The notes below the pieces were generated by a model that was not told where the DNA came from, searched no databases, and saw only the letters and a program-made list of their open reading frames with translations. A DNA stretch of 64,000 nucleotides, from contig JALTFL010000005.1 in NCBI GenBank assembly GCA_027007025.1, forward strand, positions 44,911-108,910, read 5' to 3'. The position numbers and the translations under genes are program-made. The number at the start of each line of letters is the position of its first letter. Within the stretch, counting starts at the first letter, position 1. Source of the DNA: Nanobdellati archaeon (GTDB taxonomy: Archaea > Nanobdellota > Nanobdellia > CSSed11-243R1). Positions 44,695-54,210 of this stretch are shown one piece after another.

Positions 44695-45501
44695 ATGGAT
44701 AGACCAAGAAAATTGACACATAAAGAAAAAGAAAGATTATTAGGCGAATCTTATAGAGTCGGTTACAGTTTTGCCAAAAACGTTTTTGAGCTTTTTCCAG
44801 GACTTATAAAATCAGTTGTGCTGTTCGGCTCGATTGCGAAAGCAACGCCGACGAAAGGCAGTGACATTGATATTCTCGTAGTTGTTGATGATACTTCAAT
44901 CACACCTGACAGAAAATTCATTGACTGGTACAACATCGAGCTTGCGAATTTGATAAGGAAAAGCGACCCGCGCCTTCATGTGACTACGGTCACGCTGACA
45001 ACATTTTGGGAAAATATTCTTATTGGAGAACCTGTTGTAATAAACGTGCTTCGCTATGGTGTCGCGCTTATAGACACAGGTTATTTTGAACCGTTGCAGT
45101 TTCTTCTCGCTGCGGGCAGAATCCGTCCGACAAAGGAAGCAATTTACAATGCCCTGACAAGAGCTCCATGGCACTTTACAAGAGCAAATTCAAGAATACT
45201 TGCTGGCATAGTCGATTTATATTGGGTCATGATAGACTCCGCGCATGCGGCGCTCATGGCATACGGAAAAGTGCCCCCATCTCCGGAGCACATAGAAAGG
45301 ATGCTTATGGATACTTTTGTTTCCAGAAAGATGCTCAAGAAGAAATACGTGAATTATTATAGAGAGATATGGCAAACTTCAAAAGCCGTTGTTCATGGGG
45401 AAATTCTCCGCGGTAATGGGGTTGACTTTGATAGATATAGAGAAATGGCAGAAGATTTCGAAAGCAAAATGAAGGATTTGGTAAAAAGAAAAGAAAAGTA
45501 A
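44695..45501 (+). CDS. KNTase-like nucleotidyltransferase (Pol-beta NTase domain plus helical C-domain)
   Basis: LFGSIAKATPTKGSDIDILVVVDD is followed by a helical domain (FWENILIGEPVVINVLRYGVALIDTG...). Confidence 0.7.
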   Translation: MDRPRKLTHKEKERLLGESYRVGYSFAKNVFELFPGLIKSVVLFGSIAKATPTKGSDIDILVVVDDTSITPDRKFIDWYNIELANLIRKSDPRLHVTTVTLTTFWENILIGEPVVINVLRYGVALIDTGYFEPLQFLLAAGRIRPTKEAIYNALTRAPWHFTRANSRILAGIVDLYWVMIDSAHAALMAYGKVPPSPEHIERMLMDTFVSRKMLKKKYVNYYREIWQTSKAVVHGEILRGNGVDFDRYREMAEDFESKMKDLVKRKEK

Positions 45502-45509
45502 AATTAGGA

Positions 45510-46307
45510 TTAAATATCCTCGATGCTCATTCCGTGCTTTTGTAATTCATTTGATATACCTTTGTAAGTTTTTAATGTGTTAACTGCGTAATCCATCAAC
45601 ATTTTGTAGGTATTATATTCTTTTGCTTTTCCACTTTCGCTTAATACTTTAGACACATCATTGGCATACCCCATGATATTGTCTTTATTCTTTTCCAGCC
45701 ATGGTTTTACTTTTAACTTACCATACATTACTCTGTAGTTTGTAATTTTAGTATTGTCCCATGCGTCGTCGGACCATACTTCAGTGTAAAGCTCAACCAA
45801 CGCATCAATTTCCTCTTTATCCATATTGTTTGCTTCAAGGGCTTTTCTGAGGTATTTGTTTGCGTACTCGGATGCTATGTTTTTGGCAGCATCGCTTTCC
45901 AAATTACCCTCACCTATGGCTTTGATTGTTTTAGAATGCTCGTCTTCAAGAACGCTTGAAACACCAGCATAATCCCCAATCTCTGTAAGTTTCTTGAATG
46001 ACATCTCATATGCCAATATAGGGTCTACTTTGATAAATGACTCATATGCGGTTTCGGCAATTTTTGGCAGATTTTTATTTAAGTGTATACCACCTAAAAT
46101 TCCTGCCAGCTTTCTGGAAACATCCGCTATATTTGCATTGCTAGGAAGGGCACCAACTTCCCCTGATAATCCATACATATGAATATATTTCATAAGAGCT
46201 TTCTTTGCATTTTCTTTGTTTTCAGGATCTTTAGACTGGAGTTGTTTTAGAAATTCATCTATTTTCATAGGAGTTTCAATTTCAGATAATATATCTTCCA
46301 ACACCAT
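45510..46307 (-). CDS. hypothetical helical protein
   Basis: 265-aa ORF between the two NTase paralogs, on the opposite strand. No motif recognised. Confidence 0.5.
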   Translation of the reverse strand: MVLEDILSEIETPMKIDEFLKQLQSKDPENKENAKKALMKYIHMYGLSGEVGALPSNANIADVSRKLAGILGGIHLNKNLPKIAETAYESFIKVDPILAYEMSFKKLTEIGDYAGVSSVLEDEHSKTIKAIGEGNLESDAAKNIASEYANKYLRKALEANNMDKEEIDALVELYTEVWSDDAWDNTKITNYRVMYGKLKVKPWLEKNKDNIMGYANDVSKVLSESGKAKEYNTYKMLMDYAVNTLKTYKGISNELQKHGMSIEDI

Positions 46308-46418
46308 TTTATTACCACCTCACAGTAATAAATAGAACAATCAGTATTTATAAATGTTTCGATTTAGTTATGGATAACATTATAAATAAAGACAAAATTA
46401 ATTAAGCTGGTGAAAAAA

Positions 46419-47561
46419 ATGGCCAAAAAAATCAAGAAAGTTAAATCTAATAAAAAACAAACTAAAGGGAAGGAAGAACTTCTGAAAAAAGCCAAAGAGC
46501 AAATAGTTGAAAGGCTAATAAAAGAGAAAGGTATCTCAAAGGAAGAGGCCGAAAAGGTTGCCGGCAAGCTTATTGCTCAAAAGTTATCAACGGGTGATAC
46601 TCCTGTATTACAAGTTCTAAAGCAGTTTTTAAATGACAAAGACGCGAAAGCAGTCGACCAATATGTGGCGTCTGTAGTTGGAAAGTTTGGAAAGTATATC
46701 AAATCTGTGGTTCTATGGGGCAGTACAAAAACAAAGAAGACATTAGCCAAAAAGAAGAAAGTTCATGACATTGATATAGCAATCATTGTTGATGACACTG
46801 ATGTAAGAAGGATGACAAGGGGAGAATTAAAGGACAAATTATTCCAGAGACTTCTTGAAATGGGATATCCCATATCAAAAAAAATACATCCTCAACCTTA
46901 TTTGCTAACTGAATTTTGGCAGTATGTTCTTGAAGGAAACCCTGTTCTCTACAACGTGCTTAGAGATGGCGTGATAATGTATGATACGGGATTCTTTTTG
47001 CCCGTCCAGATGCTTATGAAGATGGGTAACATAAAGCCGAGCAAGGAATCAATTGACAAGCATATATATATTGCAAATGAGCTTTTGAAGTTGTCCAAAA
47101 ATACAATGCTTACAAAAATGTCATATGATTTAGAACAGGCAGTAGTTTCGAGCGCGCAGGCAGTTTTAATGGAATTAGGATATCGCCCGCCAACACCAAG
47201 CGAGACTCCAAAATTCGTTCTTGACAAATTGGTTAAAGAGGCAAAAGTTGTTCCAGAAAAATACGCAAAAATCGCGGAAACAATAGTCAAAAATTATAAA
47301 GATATTGAGCATAAAGACAAAAAAACGTATACTGGCAAGGAATGGGACAAACACCTTGCGATGACGGAAGACTTTGTCAAGAAGATGACGGATGTCCTCA
47401 AGAAAATCAGGGAAAAGAAAGGAGAAACATTCCTCTATGAAGCAGTCGAGAAAAAGAAAAACCTAAAGGTTAAGCGTCCTACGGACATCGAGCTTGACAG
47501 AGGAGAAAAATCTCTTGAGAAGTCAGATGAAATAATCAAAAAGGAGCTCGGACAGCGCTAA
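46419..47561 (+). CDS. KNTase-like nucleotidyltransferase, paralog of 44695-45501, with K-rich N-terminal extension
   Basis: LWGSTKTKK...VHDIDIAIIVDD, and FWQYVLEGNPVLYNVLRDGVIMYDTG parallel to the paralog. A GTG at 46410 is an alternative start. Confidence 0.7.
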   Translation: MAKKIKKVKSNKKQTKGKEELLKKAKEQIVERLIKEKGISKEEAEKVAGKLIAQKLSTGDTPVLQVLKQFLNDKDAKAVDQYVASVVGKFGKYIKSVVLWGSTKTKKTLAKKKKVHDIDIAIIVDDTDVRRMTRGELKDKLFQRLLEMGYPISKKIHPQPYLLTEFWQYVLEGNPVLYNVLRDGVIMYDTGFFLPVQMLMKMGNIKPSKESIDKHIYIANELLKLSKNTMLTKMSYDLEQAVVSSAQAVLMELGYRPPTPSETPKFVLDKLVKEAKVVPEKYAKIAETIVKNYKDIEHKDKKTYTGKEWDKHLAMTEDFVKKMTDVLKKIREKKGETFLYEAVEKKKNLKVKRPTDIELDRGEKSLEKSDEIIKKELGQR

Positions 47562-47616
47562 TTTGTTTTTTATTTTTCCAAAACCTTTTTAAATAAACAA
47601 ACTTTCGGTTGATGTT

Positions 47617-47874
47617 ATGGAAGCAATTATAACAAGCTACAAAAGAGGAAGACACAAGCAGTACCCAAATCAGATATTAATTAAAGCAGATGGGATAGGG
47701 TTTGTCAAAGCGCACGGATTCCTTGGAAAAAAAGTTGAAGTTACAGTATCGAAGAAAAAAAAGATGATTGGTAAGATAATTGCTGTGCATGGAAAAAAAG
47801 GTGTTATGAGGGCTAAGTTTTCAAAAGGGCTTCCAGGGCAAATAGTAGGAAAAAAATGCAAAGTTTTAGCCTAA
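47617..47874 (+). CDS. rpl35ae: 50S ribosomal protein L35Ae (eL33)
   Basis: YKRGRHKQYPNQILIK...FLGKKVEV...GKIIAVHGKKGVMRAKFSKGLPGQ. Confidence 0.8.
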   Translation: MEAIITSYKRGRHKQYPNQILIKADGIGFVKAHGFLGKKVEVTVSKKKKMIGKIIAVHGKKGVMRAKFSKGLPGQIVGKKCKVLA

Positions 47875-48183
47875 ATATTTTCTTGCTTCTATGTTAAGCT
47901 CATACGGTGTTTCATTCAATAGATTTACTATTTCTTTTTGGGAATATCCGCTAAATCCAATCGTTATTTCTCCTTTATGTCGCTCTTTTAATTCTTCTAA
48001 AATTTTTGGCAAACCTTCTTCTTTTAAGGTGCCTTCAACAACAACCCAGAAACCAGACGCTTTTCTTGCTTTTAAGTCGTCCAACTCATTTTCCAAAATA
48101 CCTCTTATCTCTTCAAGTTCACCTTTTTTGAAATAACCAAAGTTGTGGTATTTTATTTCTACTTTTTTTCTCCCATTTTTCAA
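47866..48183 (-). CDS. hypothetical protein (no ATG in the frame; TTG start assumed)
   Basis: The track ORF (to 48264) overlaps corA by 73 nt and also begins with TTG. An in-frame TTG at 48183 lies 8 nt after the corA stop. Confidence 0.35.
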   Translation of the reverse strand: MKNGRKKVEIKYHNFGYFKKGELEEIRGILENELDDLKARKASGFWVVVEGTLKEEGLPKILEELKERHKGEITIGFSGYSQKEIVNLLNETPYELNIEARKYLG

Positions 48184-48191
48184 TCCCTTTA

Positions 48192-49133
48192 CTAAAACAA
48201 TTTCTTTTTTAGATAAATATAAAACAAAATCCAAATTACGCCAATGGTACCAAGGATGTACCAAAAAACATTCGGATTATGCTGTAATGGTAGTAAAATA
48301 TTCATGCCATAAATACCTGAAATAGCTGCGGGTATGCTTATAAAAATCGTAACTATAGTCAGGATTGTAAGAATTCTGTTAAGCTTATTTGAAAGCAAAA
48401 TCATATAGTGGTCGCGAATGTTGGAAATTGTCTTAAGCGAGGATTTACACAAGTTGAATCCCTCGTTTGCTTCTACAACTAAATCCTCAATTATTTCTTT
48501 GTCCTTTTCGTAGAATTTTATCTTTTTCAGCATTCTATTGTATAAAATTAGCATGTGATAGTAATAATAAATAAAATTGTTAAGAATCTCCTCATATTCC
48601 AACAGCATCGTTACGTCTTTGTCTCTTAAACGCCTTATATTCTTTCTCCGCAGGCGGACGTCCCTTACAATCTCAAGAGTTTCTTTCTCGAAGGATTTGT
48701 TCATTTGCGAAAGTATTTTTATCAGGCTTTTCAGCTTTTGAGTAGTATAAATTTTTATTTTATTGTCAATTATCTTTCTGAGAACCCTTGTTTCGTTTTT
48801 GGATAGTGTTAATACAAAATCATTACTCACTATAATGAGAATGGTTTCAAGTTCTTTATCTGAGGCTATATCTTTGACAAAGAGATATATTTTTTTATCA
48901 ACAATGTCTATCCTCGGGGTTTCATTTATATCCAACCCCGCGATTAAGTTTTGTTTGTCTAGTTTAAATTTTTCGACTAAGAACTCCATTTCATCTTTTG
49001 TAGGAGAAGTAACATTTATCCAGCAACCGACGCTAAACTTATCTAACTCATTAAGTGATTTATCTTTAATTGTCCTTTTAAAATAAGTAATCATAGAAAT
49101 AAAATGGGGTGATACATTTAAAAAAGTTGCCAA
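48192..49133 (-). CDS. corA: CorA-family magnesium/cobalt transporter
   Basis: Two C-terminal TM helices with the GIYGMN signature. Confidence 0.9.
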   Translation of the reverse strand: MATFLNVSPHFISMITYFKRTIKDKSLNELDKFSVGCWINVTSPTKDEMEFLVEKFKLDKQNLIAGLDINETPRIDIVDKKIYLFVKDIASDKELETILIIVSNDFVLTLSKNETRVLRKIIDNKIKIYTTQKLKSLIKILSQMNKSFEKETLEIVRDVRLRRKNIRRLRDKDVTMLLEYEEILNNFIYYYYHMLILYNRMLKKIKFYEKDKEIIEDLVVEANEGFNLCKSSLKTISNIRDHYMILLSNKLNRILTILTIVTIFISIPAAISGIYGMNILLPLQHNPNVFWYILGTIGVIWILFYIYLKKKLF

Positions 49134-49155
49134 ATTATATGAATATGGTGATAAA

Positions 49156-49440
49156 ATGATGTCTAAAATACCAATTAATCTGGAAAAAATAAAGAAGGAA
49201 AAAATTGACGAGGAAATTCTCCGCGTTGGAATAATTGCTGAGTTAGATGCTATAAATCTTTATGAACAGCTGGCGGCGATGGCGCAAAGCGAAGACATAA
49301 AAAAAGTTTTGCTTGATATTGCTAAGGAAGAAAAAACACATGTTGGAGAATTTCAAACCCTCTTGCTGAAAACAGACAAAGAGCAGGTAAAAGAGCTTGA
49401 GGCAGGCAAGGAAGAAGTTGAAGAGGAGTTGTCAAAATGA
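49156..49440 (+). CDS. small ferritin-like (rubrerythrin/EncFtn-type) protein
   Basis: 94 aa. [11 protein letters not shown]...[12 protein letters not shown] gives the E..Y / ExxH di-iron pattern of encapsulated-ferritin-like proteins. Confidence 0.6.
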   Translation: MMSKIPINLEKIKKEKIDEEILRVGIIAELDAINLYEQLAAMAQSEDIKKVLLDIAKEEKTHVGEFQTLLLKTDKEQVKELEAGKEEVEEELSK

Positions 49441-49817
49441 CTAAAAAACTTCAAATCTACAAGTGTGAAGTTTGTGGAAATATAATTGAGGTTGTAAATG
49501 AGGGAGGAGGAGAGTTAGTTTGCTGCGGAAAACCAATGAAACTCCTTGAGGAAAAAACAAATGATGTTGGCAATGAGAAGCACGTTCCCATAATTGAAAA
49601 AACAGAAAATGGGATTAAGGTAAAAGTTGGAGAAGTCCCACATCCAATGGAAGAGAATCATTACATACAATGGATTGAGATAATTACAGATGACAAAATT
49701 TACAAAAAAGAATTGCATCCACATGAGAAACCAGAAGCAGAATTTGATGTTAATCCAGACAAAATAGAAGTTAGGATTTACTGCAACCTCCATGGGCTTT
49801 GGAAGAATTCACTTTAG
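49437..49817 (+). CDS. dfx: desulfoferrodoxin (2Fe superoxide reductase)
   Basis: N-terminal YKCEVCGN...CCG (desulforedoxin-like centre), then EKHVP, HPME..HYIQWIE and CNLHGLW (centre II). Confidence 0.9.
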   Translation: MTKKLQIYKCEVCGNIIEVVNEGGGELVCCGKPMKLLEEKTNDVGNEKHVPIIEKTENGIKVKVGEVPHPMEENHYIQWIEIITDDKIYKKELHPHEKPEAEFDVNPDKIEVRIYCNLHGLWKNSL

Positions 49818-50228
49818 TTTTTCAGATAAAATTGCGGGACAAACTTTTTTTACCCCTTTTATTTTTCTTATCATTCTGTTAAAATCATTGAGTTTTTTTC
49901 TGTCTCTAAACCAACATTCCATCATTATCATATGGTCGCCACGTGAAGAATAAAGTTTCATGACTTCTTTCATCTTCTTGGTTTTTTCTAATACTGAAAG
50001 ATAATCTTCTGGAGAAGTGTCAATCCCTATTATAGCTACATATATCCCGGCGTTGCGTGGATTTATTTCCAATGAATACCCCTTTATTATATCATCTTCT
50101 TCTAGCTTTTTTATTCTCTTTCTAATTGCAGTTTCACTCACGCCAAGTTTTTTTGCAATCTTTGAGTATGACATTCTTGCGTTCTGTTTCAAAAGCTCCA
50201 AAATACTGAAGTTTGAAATTCGAACCAT
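49809..50228 (-). CDS. lrp: Lrp/AsnC-family transcriptional regulator
   Basis: N-terminal HTH ([33 protein letters not shown]) plus a RAM-like C-domain. Confidence 0.85.
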   Translation of the reverse strand: MVRISNFSILELLKQNARMSYSKIAKKLGVSETAIRKRIKKLEEDDIIKGYSLEINPRNAGIYVAIIGIDTSPEDYLSVLEKTKKMKEVMKLYSSRGDHMIMMECWFRDRKKLNDFNRMIRKIKGVKKVCPAILSEKLK

Positions 50229-50310
50229 AATGTTTATATATCACACCTTACTTATAAACCTTATCACTGGAGGTGAGAGCTTGGAAGAAACAATAAATGG
50301 ATGTTATGGT

Positions 50311-50943
50311 ATGCCGACAATAGGGGAAAAATTTCCAAAACTAATTGTGCAAACAACAGCTGGAAGACTAAAATTACCAGAACATTTTAAGGGGAAATGG
50401 TTTGTTCTTTTCAGCCATCCGGCAGATTTTACACCTGTATGTACAACAGAATTTGTCGCATTTCAAAAAAGATACAAAGATTTCAAAAAGTTAAACTGTG
50501 AGCTGATAGGATTAAGTATTGACCAGGTATTCAGCCATATAAAATGGAAAGAATGGATAAAAGACAATTTGAAGGTTAAGATTGAGTTTCCAATTATAGC
50601 AGATGACATGGGAGATGTCGCCTGCGAGCTTGGGATGATACATCCTGAAAAGGGAAACAACACAGTGAGAGCAGTTTTTGTAGTTGACCCAAAAGGGATA
50701 ATAAGAGCAATAATTTATTATCCGCAAGAAGTCGGGAGAAACATGGACGAGATTTTGAGGTTAGTTAAAGCACTCCAGACAGCAGACAAGGGCTACGCAA
50801 CACCTGCAAACTGGCCAAACAATGAACTTGTAAAAGATGAAGTGATTATTCCACCGGCATCAGACGAAAAGACAGCAGCCAAGCGACCAAAGGAATATGA
50901 CTGCTTTGACTGGTGGCTGTGCCACAAGAAATTGAAGAAGTGA
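50311..50943 (+). CDS. prx: peroxiredoxin (archaeal Prx6-like)
   Basis: [14 protein letters not shown] peroxidatic motif and C-terminal CFDWWLC. An alternative TTG start at 50281 sits 4 nt after GGAGGTGA. Confidence 0.9.
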   Translation: MPTIGEKFPKLIVQTTAGRLKLPEHFKGKWFVLFSHPADFTPVCTTEFVAFQKRYKDFKKLNCELIGLSIDQVFSHIKWKEWIKDNLKVKIEFPIIADDMGDVACELGMIHPEKGNNTVRAVFVVDPKGIIRAIIYYPQEVGRNMDEILRLVKALQTADKGYATPANWPNNELVKDEVIIPPASDEKTAAKRPKEYDCFDWWLCHKKLKK

Positions 50944-50955
50944 TTTTTTCTTTTT

Positions 50956-51549
50956 TTATTTCAAAATTTTTCCTGTTTCTAAATACCAAAGGTATAAATC
51001 AAGCTCTGCAAGCGTGAGATTTAGTTTTTTAGCAAGCTTTCGAAGAATTTCTTCAATTTCAAGGTAACGCTTCCGCGTCAGTGTATTTGGTTTTTCAATC
51101 AAGCCATTTTTAACGAGTATGTCAATTATATGAAAATCAATTATGGCATAATCATCAAAACCTATATTACGTAGAAAGTGGCTTGCTTCCTTCATCCCAA
51201 TTCCCTTTATGTTTTTGACAAGCCAATCCCTATTCAATTCCAAATCATTAAGTTTCTTTCGAGCCTCAACAATATATCCCGCACGCGCATTTGGAAAGCG
51301 GTGCCCTAATTCCCTCAACTTTTTAGCCAACTGTTTTTCCGACAATGTCAAAAAACCATTTCCAATTTCCTTTTGAATTTTTATGCCTCCCGCGGCGCTG
51401 TAATTTGCAGTTAGGATACAAAAACATAATTCTTTGAATATCTCTTTTTTGGATTTTTTCCCAAGCTCTTTAAATTCTTTAATTTTATCATTGACAGTTT
51501 TTCCAACTTTACTTTTCTTAAGTGAATTAATTTTATTTATGAGTTTCAT
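50956..51549 (-). CDS. ogg: 8-oxoguanine DNA glycosylase/lyase, archaeal Ogg2 type (HhH-GPD)
   Basis: FCILTANYSA and GIGMKEASHFLRNIGFDDYAIIDFHI. Confidence 0.8.
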   Translation of the reverse strand: MKLINKINSLKKSKVGKTVNDKIKEFKELGKKSKKEIFKELCFCILTANYSAAGGIKIQKEIGNGFLTLSEKQLAKKLRELGHRFPNARAGYIVEARKKLNDLELNRDWLVKNIKGIGMKEASHFLRNIGFDDYAIIDFHIIDILVKNGLIEKPNTLTRKRYLEIEEILRKLAKKLNLTLAELDLYLWYLETGKILK

Positions 51550-51599
51550 AGATACTCAAACTTTAGAAGATTTATAAAACTAAACATATTTGAAATGTT

Positions 51600-52196
51600 A
51601 TGTTTGAACAAATATCTGAGAGATACCACAAATTCATGAAAGAAGAAACTAAAGAAAACAGCGCCCTTAGATTTACAACATTAATCCTCATTGTGGTAGT
51701 ATATGGAGTATATGCTATGCACAAATATGGTACTTCAAATGGTTTATTTATAACTGCATTAAGCTGGAGTTTCTTCATATTTTGTACTCCTATTGCAGAT
51801 GCGGGATTTTTGGTCGCATTTCCAACTCGGATTTTATTTAAGATTAGAATGATTTACACCCAGCTTGCTGCGTATTTAGTTGCAATAATCTTTGTAGCTG
51901 TCGCATTTGTGAGATACACAAAATTATTCTCAAAAACTATATTGCTAAAGCTATTTTATGCAATATTAACCACCCCATACTACTGGATAATTTTAATTCT
52001 ATCATTTGTGGGAACAATCCTTTCTATATACTTTGGAGATGAGCTTCTTGATGTCGCAAAATTCAGCCAGGCAAAGAAGTTTCAAAAACATGTATCTAAA
52101 TACAACCTTCTGGCTACCGCAACAATCATACTGTTAACTATAATCATTTATGATTTTCTTATAAAAAGTATGGGAATAAACATACCTCTATTTTGA
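51600..52196 (+). CDS. polytopic membrane protein
   Basis: 198 aa, 5 hydrophobic segments. Confidence 0.45.
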   Translation: MFEQISERYHKFMKEETKENSALRFTTLILIVVVYGVYAMHKYGTSNGLFITALSWSFFIFCTPIADAGFLVAFPTRILFKIRMIYTQLAAYLVAIIFVAVAFVRYTKLFSKTILLKLFYAILTTPYYWIILILSFVGTILSIYFGDELLDVAKFSQAKKFQKHVSKYNLLATATIILLTIIIYDFLIKSMGINIPLF

Positions 52197-52667
52197 GATT
52201 TTCAAAGAAACTTCTGCTCCCATTTTTTTAAAACAGTTCATAAAATAAAGGGAAATCACTTGTAATATTACAGTGAACACAACAATGTATGTTCCATACT
52301 TTTCAAAGAATCCAAGTGCTACACTCGGAAGCAATGCGGAAAATATACCAATTCCTATTGTAGCGCCACAAACTGGAGCGCCGACACCACAAACCTCAAG
52401 AGCTGCAAGTCCGATAGCAACTGCAATAATACTTACAATCGAACCACCATATGTCTTGGCAAGCACCACTTTTTCCTTGATATTCCTCACTATACACATT
52501 ATAACCAATGCAAAAACAGTCATAAATGAAATCCCAAGAATGGTATACCATCCATAGAAAATTTTTTCGGGAACTAAAAAGTAGCTTGCTATAAATGCGA
52601 TGGTAAAAATGAGTACGCAATAGTAGCTTTTCAATGTATTAAAAAGATATGTTTCGCTAAGCTTCAT
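52188..52667 (-). CDS. polytopic membrane protein
   Basis: 159 aa, 4 to 5 hydrophobic segments, includes CGVGAPVCG. Confidence 0.45.
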   Translation of the reverse strand: MKLSETYLFNTLKSYYCVLIFTIAFIASYFLVPEKIFYGWYTILGISFMTVFALVIMCIVRNIKEKVVLAKTYGGSIVSIIAVAIGLAALEVCGVGAPVCGATIGIGIFSALLPSVALGFFEKYGTYIVVFTVILQVISLYFMNCFKKMGAEVSLKISK

Positions 52668-52718
52668 AAGATTGACTATAACCTAATTTTTTAAAAATGT
52701 TGCCAAACTAACAACATC

Positions 52719-53789
52719 ATGACAAAATATGAGATTATAAATGAAGGAAAAACAAAATTTTATGCTCCGTTGGGGAAAATTTCAAAGAAACTCCCTGTTT
52801 TTTACAATCCGGCGAAGGAATTTGATAGGGATATTTCAATTCTTTTCTTAAGAGCAACTGGCAAAGAGAAAGTTCTTGACTTGCTTGCAGCAAGCGGTGC
52901 AAGAGGGCTCCGCTTGGCAAAAGAAGCGAAAGCTAAAGTGTGGTTCAATGATATAAACAAAGAAGCTGTGAAGTTAATCAAAAAAAATGCAAAACTCAAC
53001 AAAATTACTCCAATTAAAATCTCAAACAATCGCGCCAATGAACTGATGGCGACAATGAAGGAAAAATTTGATTTCATTGATATCGACCCGTTTGGTTCAC
53101 CAATTAATTTCATAAGCCAGGCAATTCCAAGATTAGCAAAAGACGGTATCCTCGCAGTCACAGCGACGGACACAGCCCCACTTTTTGGAGTTTACCCATG
53201 GACATGCTTTAGAAAATATGGGAGTTTTTCACTGAAAACCAAGTTTTCACACGAAATTGGGATTAGAATCCTTGCGAAAGCGGTAATTGAGCTCGGCGCA
53301 AAACAAAATATTTCTTTAAAACCAATTTTTGCCCATGCAACTCAACACTATTATAGAATTTATTTTCAGTCAAAAAGAAGCCATGTAAAAGAAATTCTCC
53401 AAGATATTGGATTTATATATTACTGTCCGAAATGCAAGAGACGATTTGCGACAAAATTTGAAATGCACGAAAAATGTAAGTGTGGAAACAAGCTTTCTTT
53501 TGCTGGACCACTATATATTGGAAATTTGTGGGACTCAAAATTGATTAAAACGATGATTTCGCTTGAAAATCCAAAATATATAAAGCAAATGACAAAAAAA
53601 CACGAAAAATTCCTCAACCGCCTGCTCGAAGAGTCTAAGATAAATGTTCCCTACTTTTATGAAGTTGGGGAGCTTGGATGGGAAGATAAAAAACTTGACG
53701 AGGTAGTTAAGGAATTAAAGAAAGAAGGATTTAAAGCCTCGCGCACTCATTTTAGTGGTAAGGGAATTAGGACAAACTACTCTTTTTAG
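52719..53789 (+). CDS. trm1: tRNA (guanine26-N2)-dimethyltransferase Trm1
   Basis: FYNPAKEFDRDISI, LDLLAASGARGLR, DIDPFGSP, and the Zn motif CPKC...CKCG. Confidence 0.9.
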   Translation: MTKYEIINEGKTKFYAPLGKISKKLPVFYNPAKEFDRDISILFLRATGKEKVLDLLAASGARGLRLAKEAKAKVWFNDINKEAVKLIKKNAKLNKITPIKISNNRANELMATMKEKFDFIDIDPFGSPINFISQAIPRLAKDGILAVTATDTAPLFGVYPWTCFRKYGSFSLKTKFSHEIGIRILAKAVIELGAKQNISLKPIFAHATQHYYRIYFQSKRSHVKEILQDIGFIYYCPKCKRRFATKFEMHEKCKCGNKLSFAGPLYIGNLWDSKLIKTMISLENPKYIKQMTKKHEKFLNRLLEESKINVPYFYEVGELGWEDKKLDEVVKELKKEGFKASRTHFSGKGIRTNYSF

Positions 53790-53796
53790 TGAGATT

Positions 53797-54165
53797 ATGT
53801 ATATAAGAAAAGAAGAATTAGTTGAACTAATTAAAGAACACCTCGGTGGTAAAGCATTTGAGGGGGATTCGGAGAGCATCGCGACTTACTTGCTAAACAT
53901 ATTTGGATTTCATAAGGGGATAGTAGATACGATGCTAACTAGCGAAGATAGAGTACTGTTTAACTATCTTTACGACATCGGAATTTTAAAAATAAGAAAT
54001 GTTTCTTTAGGCGAAAGTCATATGGTACGCATGGTTGGACGTTATTATTTCATAAATGAACTTTCATATTGGTTTTTGGAGCCCAAAGAAACAAAAAATG
54101 AAAAACAAACAGAAAACCAAAACATTTACAACTCCCTGTCGGATGATGTTTGGGAAAGAAACTAA
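53797..54165 (+). CDS. hypothetical protein
   Basis: Start moved to the ATG at 53797, after the trm1 stop. No motif recognised. Confidence 0.4.
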   Translation: MYIRKEELVELIKEHLGGKAFEGDSESIATYLLNIFGFHKGIVDTMLTSEDRVLFNYLYDIGILKIRNVSLGESHMVRMVGRYYFINELSYWFLEPKETKNEKQTENQNIYNSLSDDVWERN

Positions 54166-54210
54166 TCACCAATTATTTACGAAGTTTTTCTTTATCTCTC
54201 ATTGGGATAA

